A stretch of 10,731 bases of DNA from Armatimonadia bacterium (GTDB lineage Bacteria > Armatimonadota > Zipacnadia > Zipacnadales > UBA11051). This document shows, one piece after another, positions 1-6,212 of this stretch. The DNA is taken from the NCBI GenBank assembly GCA_039683575.1, contig JBDKRC010000073.1:1-10731 (forward strand), written 5' to 3'. A program made the translations under genes and the position numbers. The notes below the pieces were generated by a model. It saw only the letters and a list, made by a program, of their open reading frames with translations. It was not told the DNA's origin and did no database searches. The stretch's first letter is position 1. Each line of letters starts with the position of its first letter.

Positions 1-94
1 CGGCTTCCGCGACGTCCAATTCTTCATGCTCAAAATACTCCAGCGATGCGGACAGTTGCCCTCGCTGCAGCACGTACTTACGACATGTCAATAG
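1..94 (+). CDS. ISL3-family transposase, C-terminal fragment (5' part outside window)
   Basis: Frame +2 (2-94) reads GFRDVQFFMLKILQRCGQLPSLQHVLTTCQ* with TAG at 92-94. GFRDxxFFxLKI matches the characteristic C-terminal '(A/Y)GFRxxxYFxLKI' motif of ISL3 (DDE_Tnp_ISL3) transposases. It is followed directly by an ISL3-type end. Not in the supplied ORF track. Confidence 0.85.
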   Translation, partial: GFRDVQFFMLKILQRCGQLPSLQHVLTTCQ

Positions 95-123
95 GTTCTA
101 CCCACACTAATTGAGGAAGAGCC
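1..123 (+). mobile_element. Right end of an ISL3-family insertion sequence; right terminal inverted repeat ~100-123
   Basis: After the transposase stop the sequence reads ACCCACACTAATTGAGGAAGAGCC (100-123), reverse complement GGCTCTTCCTCAATTAGTGTGGGT. ISL3 termini typically begin GG(C/T)TCT. Host coding sequence resumes at 124. The left IR is outside the window, so IR length is estimated. Confidence 0.8.
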
Positions 124-428
124 CCAACCTCGACCTGGTGGCACTGGGTACCATCGCTTCGCCCAGCGAATGTGTGCTCAACATCTGTGGCTGGTACTAC
201 CACTCCACTGGCAACAGCAACTACGAGTCCACGAGCGGCAACCCCGTCGGTGGCCCAAGCGTCAAGAAATGGCACAACGAAGGCACCAACGCCGTAATGG
301 TAGACGGCCACGCCAAGTGGTTCCAGTTCGGACGCATCTGGCGCGGCAACGCGACGTGGAACTCCACTCCCGAATGGGCTGGTGACGAGGCGGCCAACAA
401 GCACTACTGGACAGTGAGCGGCACCTAG
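124..428 (+). pseudogene. 3' remnant of a prepilin-type H-X9-DG domain (DUF1559-like) protein gene, interrupted by the ISL3 element
   Basis: Frame +3 reads ...NLDLVALGTIASPSECVL...KKWHNEGTNAVMVDGHAKW...SGT*. It has an exact H-X9-DG motif (H-NEGTNAVMV-DG, 273-308) followed by HAKW, and the family-typical 'LxxIxxPSE' segment. The N-terminal pilin cleavage/methylation region is missing, and the frame runs into the IS end (TAA at 108-110). Confidence 0.85.
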
Positions 429-450
429 ACGGTATATAGTCACCTAGACG
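422..450 (+). repeat. 10-bp direct repeat CACCTAGACG x2 (422-431, 441-450)
   Basis: Exact duplication with a 9-nt spacer (GTATATAGT). The first copy contains the TAG stop of the H-X9-DG gene. Confidence 0.6.
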
Positions 451-455
451 CGGAT

Positions 456-491
456 AGAGACCGGTAGTCAGCTTGGCTACCGGTCTCTTTT
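456..491 (+). terminator. Rho-independent terminator after the H-X9-DG gene
   Basis: AGAGACCGGTAGTCA-GCT-TGGCTACCGGTCTCT forms a 15-bp stem with one G-U pair and runs into TTTTCGTTCT. Confidence 0.85.
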
Positions 492-598
492 CGTTCTGGG
501 CTTGAAACTCCAGACTTGCAGGGGTGTTAGGCATACGGGGAAGACAGGAGCGAGGAGATTGCTGAGGCGGCGACGAACCTCGTGCACAAGAACACTTT

Positions 599-605
599 GA
601 GGTGA
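599..605 (+). promoter_or_regulatory. Shine-Dalgarno site for the 612 ORF
   Basis: GAGGTGA lies 6 nt upstream of the ATG at 612. Confidence 0.75.
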
Positions 606-611
606 AGGCTC

Positions 612-3600
612 ATGTCATGCTTCCGGTTCCTGACGGTCTTGCTTGTGCTGGCGGTGGTGGCGCCTGTTCTGGCCCAACCGATGGTATATGAGGCGGAGGC
701 GGTAGTGGCAACGCCAGACGCCTGGAACAAGGACAAGGGTACGACGGACAAGTGGAATGTGTGGAGCACCGACAGCGATGCGATGAAGAAGTGGTCCGGT
801 GGCGTGGTGCTACAGTCCCCCCCGGTCATGAAAGATCGCGAGACGCCCGAAGAGGGCGCGCCGTCGCTCCATATCGTCATCCCAAACCTGACCGCCGAGG
901 CCTATGTGGTGGAGATGAAGGGCGGGCGGGACCTCGCGGTGTCGCTTGATGGGAAGGAATGGAAGCGGCTGAGTGACCTAGGTTGGCGGCTCGGGAATGT
1001 GCCGACAAAGGATGGGAAGGTCGAGTTCTGGGTGGATGACCGCTTTGCCGACAAGGTTAATCCCGGCTTCGGCTACCTCGACACCATCACAATCACTCCC
1101 AAGATGCCGGACGTAATGGGCGTCGTAAACGGCGGGTTTGAGGTGGGCAAGGACTTCGCAACCAGCGGGTGGGCCTTCTACACGCGTGAACCGAACATGG
1201 GGACTGCGGAACTGGTGTCGCCGGGCCATGCAGGCCAGAAGTGCGTGAAGATCGAGCACACCGGCGAGAAGGACTTTGCGCTGACGAATTCCGGGCGGCT
1301 GGACGTGAAGCCGGGCGAGGCTTACAAGGCGACCGCCTGGATGAACTGCGAAGCAACCGAGGGGGCGGACCTGAGCATCGTGGCGATGGGTGGGGGCAAG
1401 CTTTTGACGTGGAGCCTCGCGGCGGATGGGGTCTGGGCGACGAAGGACTGGCAGAAGCTGGAGGCGAGCGCGACGGTGCCGGAAGGTTGCGACCAGCTTT
1501 ACTTGCGCGTAACTGGCGGCGGCAAAGCGAAGGTCTGGGTGGACGAGGTGGCCTTCGAGCCCACGACCATTGCGCCAGTGGTAGCCAAGCCGAAGACGAA
1601 GGTGACCGGTTGGGCCAAAACCAGGGTTCAGGAGAAGCTAAGCCGCGGTATCGTGGCCATGCCGCTGGAGGGCAAGAAGGTCTATGTCGGCTGGCGCCTG
1701 CTGAATACGGACCCCAAGGACATCGGCTTCAATCTGTACCGCGGCACCGGCCGGGCTATCCCGGTGAAGCTGAATGACAAGCCTCTGACCCAGACGACGG
1801 ACTTCGTGGATGAGAAGGCGCCGCTGGAGATGGACAACCGCTGGTGGGTGAAGCCGGTAGTGGGTGGCAAGGAATTGGCGGCCTCGGAGACGGCGAGCTT
1901 GCCGGCAAACCCCGAGGTAAAGGGTTACTACGGCTTCAAGCTGCAGGGCGACTACCAGTTCCAGAAGGTGGGGCTGGGGGACCTCAATGGCGACGGGCAG
2001 ATGGATTATGTCATCAAGCAGCCGATTGATAACATCGACCCCTACAGCTTCTACTGGTACAAGAGCCCGGATACGTACAAGCTCGAGGCTTACCTGCACG
2101 ACGGGACGCACCTGTGGACCTATGACCTGGGCTGGCCAATCGAGCGGGGCATCTGGTACTCACCGTACGTGGTATATGACTTCGACGGAGACGGCAAGGC
2201 TGAGGTAGCGGTGAAGACCGGCGAGGGCGACCCGCGGGACGAGGACGGGCGGGTTACGTCCGGACCGGAGTATTGCTCGATCATCGACGGGATGACGGGT
2301 AAAGAGAAGACGCGGGTAGCCTGGCCGACGCGCAAGCTCATGGGCGGGGGCGGGTCGGGGTACAACTATGCGTCGCGCAACCAGATGGGTATCGCGTTCC
2401 TGGATGGCAAGACGCCGGCGCTGCTGGTGGCACGCGGGACCTACACCGTGATGGTACTTACTGCGTATCAGTACCAGAAGGGCAAGCTGCAGGAGCTCTG
2501 GACCTGGGATAACCGCGAGGAGAAAGAAGGCAACTGGCGCGGGCAGGGCGCGCACTGGATGCACAGCGGCGATGTGGACGCCGATGGACGCGACGAGGTG
2601 ATACTGGGGTCCTGCGTGGTGGATGACAATGGCAAGGGCCTGTGGACGACGGGCCTGGGACACCCCGACCGCTGCTTCCTGGGCGATCTTGATCCCGAAC
2701 GGCCGGGGCTGGAGATTTTCTACAACATAGAACCGCGACAGAAGACGAACGGCGTGTTGCTTGTGGACGCGAAGACCGGGGAGATCATCTGGGGACTGCA
2801 AGAGCAGACTTACCACGTCGGTTCCGGGATGGCCGCAGATATTGACCCGCGCTACCCGGGACAGGAGTGTTGGGCCGGGGAATCCGAGAAGGGTGACCCC
2901 GCCGGGAAAGACTACGGAGGCAACACGCCAAAGTGGCTGTTGAGCGTGAAGGGTGAAATCCTGGCGCGAGACAACCAGGTGCCGACTTGGACCACTGTCT
3001 ACTGGGATGCTGACGCCCAGAAGGAGCTTGCCGGCGGCGCACGGATCTTCAAGTACAAGGGCCAGAATGTGGCTCAGGGCGTCGAGGGCGCCCAGTCATT
3101 CTGGGCAGACATCATCGGAGACTGGCGGGAAGAGCTAGTGACCTCGGTCAAGGGTGAGTTGCGGGTATACACCACGACCATCCCGGCCACAGAGCGGCGG
3201 GTATGCCTGCTGCAGGACCCGATCTACCGCGCGGATGTCGCGCATCTGGCAATGGGTTACGCACAGAACCCGACTCTGGGTTACTATATCGCCCAGGTAG
3301 GCCCTGCGATGTGGATGTCGGGCGAGGCCAACGCGCTGCAGTTTGGCAAGACGCTGCAGATGAAGGTCACGCTGTCTGCGCCGGCGGATGCACCCGCCGG
3401 CGGAACGGTGCGCCTGACGGCCGACGGGCCGCTGACGGTGACGCCGGACACGGTCCAGCTTCAGGCAGGCAAGGGACAGATGGCCGAAGCAGCCGTGCAG
3501 GTAACGCTCAAGGAGAAGCCCGCGCTGCTCTATGGCGGCAAGGTGTACTCCGTACTGGCCAAGTTCGAGGGCACGCCGGCTGCGGCGCTGCAGGCCTCGG

Positions 3601-4058
3601 CGGCGGTGAAGGTGGAGGAAGAGCCGCTGGCGGGCGTGCCGCTGGCGCAGGCGGAGGATGTGGCGGCTGAGGAGGGCGGGAAGATCCAGGTGCGGGATGA
3701 CAAGCTCGGCGCAGTCGGCAAGGCCATCTCGCACTGGGACACGCAGGGCCATGCGCTGAGTTGGAAGATCAACGTGCCGCAGGAGGGCAAGTACTGGCTG
3801 ATCGTGCGCTGCTGCTCCCCCACGGGAGTGAAGCGCGAAGTAACCATTGACGGCGGCCCCGCCCTGACCTGCAATCTCGGTGGCACGGGAGGCTTCAGCA
3901 GCCTCACCAGCAGCGAATGGGCCCACCAGGCGGTGCGCGGCGCTGACGGCAACCGCTTCGTCTATCAGATCGCGGCCGGCGAGCATATGATCAAGATGGT
4001 GAACGTGGATGGTAAGGGGCTGAACCTGGACTACGTGGCGCTGGTGCCAGTTAAGTGA
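612..4058 (+). CDS. Secreted multimodular PL11 (rhamnogalacturonan lyase YesW/YesX-like) beta-propeller protein with CBM-like domains, 1148 aa
   Basis: Signal peptide MSCFRFLTVLLVLAVVAPVLA/Q. N-terminal 'YEAE' beta-sandwich, then a CBM4/9/16-like module (VVNGGFE...VWVDEVAFEP, ~1122-1563). PL11 hallmarks at ~1623-3295: EKLSRGIVA..VYVGWRLL..GFNLYR, GDLNGDGQMDYVIK, YDFDGDGKAEVAVKT, GPEY, AFLDGKTP..ARGTYT, GQGAH, GHPD, DLDPERPGLEIF, ADIIGDWREE. Then an Ig-like segment and a C-terminal CBM6/35-like module (QAED...NLDYVALVP). SD present. Confidence 0.88.
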   Translation: MSCFRFLTVLLVLAVVAPVLAQPMVYEAEAVVATPDAWNKDKGTTDKWNVWSTDSDAMKKWSGGVVLQSPPVMKDRETPEEGAPSLHIVIPNLTAEAYVVEMKGGRDLAVSLDGKEWKRLSDLGWRLGNVPTKDGKVEFWVDDRFADKVNPGFGYLDTITITPKMPDVMGVVNGGFEVGKDFATSGWAFYTREPNMGTAELVSPGHAGQKCVKIEHTGEKDFALTNSGRLDVKPGEAYKATAWMNCEATEGADLSIVAMGGGKLLTWSLAADGVWATKDWQKLEASATVPEGCDQLYLRVTGGGKAKVWVDEVAFEPTTIAPVVAKPKTKVTGWAKTRVQEKLSRGIVAMPLEGKKVYVGWRLLNTDPKDIGFNLYRGTGRAIPVKLNDKPLTQTTDFVDEKAPLEMDNRWWVKPVVGGKELAASETASLPANPEVKGYYGFKLQGDYQFQKVGLGDLNGDGQMDYVIKQPIDNIDPYSFYWYKSPDTYKLEAYLHDGTHLWTYDLGWPIERGIWYSPYVVYDFDGDGKAEVAVKTGEGDPRDEDGRVTSGPEYCSIIDGMTGKEKTRVAWPTRKLMGGGGSGYNYASRNQMGIAFLDGKTPALLVARGTYTVMVLTAYQYQKGKLQELWTWDNREEKEGNWRGQGAHWMHSGDVDADGRDEVILGSCVVDDNGKGLWTTGLGHPDRCFLGDLDPERPGLEIFYNIEPRQKTNGVLLVDAKTGEIIWGLQEQTYHVGSGMAADIDPRYPGQECWAGESEKGDPAGKDYGGNTPKWLLSVKGEILARDNQVPTWTTVYWDADAQKELAGGARIFKYKGQNVAQGVEGAQSFWADIIGDWREELVTSVKGELRVYTTTIPATERRVCLLQDPIYRADVAHLAMGYAQNPTLGYYIAQVGPAMWMSGEANALQFGKTLQMKVTLSAPADAPAGGTVRLTADGPLTVTPDTVQLQAGKGQMAEAAVQVTLKEKPALLYGGKVYSVLAKFEGTPAAALQASAAVKVEEEPLAGVPLAQAEDVAAEEGGKIQVRDDKLGAVGKAISHWDTQGHALSWKINVPQEGKYWLIVRCCSPTGVKREVTIDGGPALTCNLGGTGGFSSLTSSEWAHQAVRGADGNRFVYQIAAGEHMIKMVNVDGKGLNLDYVALVPVK

Positions 4059-4062
4059 CGGC

Positions 4063-4083
4063 AGCGAGTAGCGAATAGCGAAC
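4063..4083 (+). repeat. Short heptamer tandem repeat AGCGAGT-AGCGAAT-AGCGAAC
   Basis: Three consecutive 7-mers sharing AGCGA lie between the PL11 stop (4056-4058) and the terminator stem. Confidence 0.55.
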
Positions 4084-4113
4084 GGGCCGGCTTGCGCCGG
4101 CCCGTTCTGTTTT
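4080..4113 (+). terminator. Rho-independent terminator between convergent genes
   Basis: GAACGGGCCGGC-TTGC-GCCGGCCCGTTC is a perfect 12-bp stem followed by TGTTTT on +. There is no U-tract on the minus side. Confidence 0.8.
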
Positions 4114-4121
4114 GGTGCAGG

Positions 4122-6176
4122 CTAGCGAGGACGAATTGTGATAGCGGTCGCGGCGTCGGCGGAAACAGCAACGGGCAGGCCCTCGCGCAGTTGCTCCGAG
4201 GAGACGGTTGTCTCCGCACCGGAGATGCTGACTGTGTATTCGCCAGCAGCTTGTAGGCCCGCGCGCGCCGGGTCCAGTTGGAGTTGAGCCTGGGAGTCCG
4301 CGTCACTCAGGTTACCGACGAGGGCAATTGCTTCCTCTGGGCAGGAGTAGAGCGCTGCCGGCGTAGACGGGGAGCTGGTGGCAATAAGGCCGCTGCCTGG
4401 GCCGGCGAATTGGTATTGGGCCAAGTCCCGGTGCCACAGCGGGGCGAACATGTCCAGGTCCAGGTCGAGCGCCGGCCATGGCGTGACGCCGGTCAGCAGC
4501 GCGCGCAGGGTCATCTGGCGGTGTACGCGCTCAGGAGCGTCCTTCTCCAGGCAGCCATAGCCAATGACGCCACGGGCGCGGTGGCCCATGAAGCTCCATT
4601 CGAGCGGGAGATCGTCCAGCGGCGGCGCACCGGTCGCGAGCTTGCTATAGCCCCATTCCATCGCCACGATCGAGTCGGCATAGTTCTCGGTAGTGGCCAT
4701 CGGGACCATCGTGTTGTGGATGATCGCCAGGCCATCCGGACCGACGCGCTGGCGGGTCCACATCATCAGGTCGATAAGCTCATCCATATCCCAGTGGCCG
4801 GCGGGTGAGTGCGCCCAATCACCGGTTCCGTCCGGGTTCGGCCGGGTCTCGCCGTCGTGGGTGTTGTGGCAGTACAGGGCCACGTTCCAGTCGTAGTACG
4901 TGCCATCGAGATCGTGGTGGGACAGAACCTTGTCGATGTACTCCTTGTGGAAGTCCAGCCAGCCGGAGCGTAGGCACATCTGCGCGCCGTACTCATCGCC
5001 GGAGTAGGCGTTGTGAACCTGCTCGCCCGTGTCGTCGGGCAGGCGCGCCCATTCGGCCCCATGCTTCTGATAGGCCTCGACCGACGGGTGGAGTTCCTTG
5101 TTGGAGAAGTACGTCGCTACCCGGATACCGTGCCGGTGGCAGTCGGCGATCACCCGGTCGTACTCCTTCATGTCCTCGGGGCCGAAGGGCGGGTATGAGC
5201 CATCGCGCCAGAACTGCCCGTCGCAGTGGGTATCGCCATCGTGGTGGAAATGAAGACTGCCCACGCCACGATCCGCGTACGACTTGATGAGGTCTTCGGT
5301 CGGCCAGTTCTTCCGCTGGAAGGAGCGGTGCAGGAAGAGGTGGTTGGCGCGGCCGGAGATGACCGGCACGCCGATATAGTAGTTGAAGGTGTAGTCGCCT
5401 GAGAGCGTCATGCCGCCCCGCGGGATGTCCAGCGGGCAGACGCTGAAATGCACGGCGGGCGGGGCGGTGCCTGCTGAGAGGTTCAGGCTGCCGTGCCCGG
5501 GGCCGCCGGCGAGTTGGTAATCCCACTGCGAAAGGTCAGAGCCGACGAACCATTCGAGACCCTCGCGGCCGGGGTCGGCGCAGCATACGTAGCGCGGCAC
5601 ATGGCGGCTCTGGAAAGGCGAGTTGAAGGCGTCGCCAGGGCTGAAGCGGCCCCACTGACACACCCCGAAGGCGGCAGTCCATGTCGATGGTTCGGCCAGG
5701 GCGCCGGGCCGCACACCGAAGTGGGTCAGTTCGGGGCGAACGATCCAGGAATGCGCACATACGCGGCTGACGCGCACCGGCGAAGCGAAGGTGAGGCGCT
5801 GCTCGATCTTCACATGGCCCCAGCGGTGCAGGAACGTCTGGCGGTAGGCGATGCCGCAGTCGTGGCCCTCGGCGTCGCGGAGGAAGCCCTGGAAGGTCAG
5901 GGTGAGTTCAGAGCCAGCGCGGTCGGTCTGAACCGTGACCTGGGCGTCATTGGCCTGGCTGTAGGTGGCCCCACCGGCGAGGGCAACTTCACAGGCGCAC
6001 GGCCCTAGGAGAAGGTTGCGGTCGGTACCGTTGTGGTACCGGATACCGGTGATCGCACCGCCGTGGTCGAGAGAGTGAGTGATGGAATAGAAGCGGTTGC
6101 GGACGGTGAGAGTGCGGCCGGCGTCGTCGGCGACGAGTTCGTGACCTTCAGGGTAGACGCCGTAGGTGGTGGACAT
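4122..6176 (-). CDS. Uncharacterised putative glycoside hydrolase-like protein (N-terminal beta-supersandwich plus TIM barrel; DUF6067-like pattern), probably cytoplasmic, 684 aa
   Basis: Strong SD and no signal peptide. GH-like barrel motifs: 'EYDRVIADCHRHGIRVATYFS', 'QMCLRSGWLDF...LDGTYYDWNVALYCHNTTH', 'AIIHNT', 'ADSIVAMEW'. The C-terminus looks like a beta-sandwich ('ALVGNLSD...'). The family name is from pattern recall only. Confidence 0.65.
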   Translation of the reverse strand: MSTTYGVYPEGHELVADDAGRTLTVRNRFYSITHSLDHGGAITGIRYHNGTDRNLLLGPCACEVALAGGATYSQANDAQVTVQTDRAGSELTLTFQGFLRDAEGHDCGIAYRQTFLHRWGHVKIEQRLTFASPVRVSRVCAHSWIVRPELTHFGVRPGALAEPSTWTAAFGVCQWGRFSPGDAFNSPFQSRHVPRYVCCADPGREGLEWFVGSDLSQWDYQLAGGPGHGSLNLSAGTAPPAVHFSVCPLDIPRGGMTLSGDYTFNYYIGVPVISGRANHLFLHRSFQRKNWPTEDLIKSYADRGVGSLHFHHDGDTHCDGQFWRDGSYPPFGPEDMKEYDRVIADCHRHGIRVATYFSNKELHPSVEAYQKHGAEWARLPDDTGEQVHNAYSGDEYGAQMCLRSGWLDFHKEYIDKVLSHHDLDGTYYDWNVALYCHNTHDGETRPNPDGTGDWAHSPAGHWDMDELIDLMMWTRQRVGPDGLAIIHNTMVPMATTENYADSIVAMEWGYSKLATGAPPLDDLPLEWSFMGHRARGVIGYGCLEKDAPERVHRQMTLRALLTGVTPWPALDLDLDMFAPLWHRDLAQYQFAGPGSGLIATSSPSTPAALYSCPEEAIALVGNLSDADSQAQLQLDPARAGLQAAGEYTVSISGAETTVSSEQLREGLPVAVSADAATAITIRPR

Positions 6177-6183
6177 GCAGAAG

Positions 6184-6190
6184 ACCTCCT
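6184..6190 (-). promoter_or_regulatory. Shine-Dalgarno site for the 6176 ORF
   Basis: Minus strand AGGAGGT lies 7 nt upstream of the ATG at 6176. Confidence 0.85.
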
Positions 6191-6212
6191 GGTGTAGGCG
6201 GGGGCTGGGCAG

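Noticed and set aside
111-428. ORF-track 105-aa protein starting at TTG 111 as an intact gene
   Set aside because: The start lies within the IS terminal repeat, has no SD, and the product lacks the N-terminal pilin region. It is better explained as an interrupted gene.
502-590. Promoter (TTGAAA at 502-507) and possible operator palindrome CTCGTGCACAAG (579-590) upstream of the PL11 gene
   Set aside because: There is no convincing -10 hexamer at 16-18 bp spacing. The 12-bp imperfect palindrome occurs only once and no regulator is in the window.
2343-2360. G-run tract GGCGGGGGCGGGTCGGGG as a G-quadruplex or phase-variation site
   Set aside because: It is explained by a GGGGSG loop in the protein. 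The longest run is only 5 G and the frame is intact.
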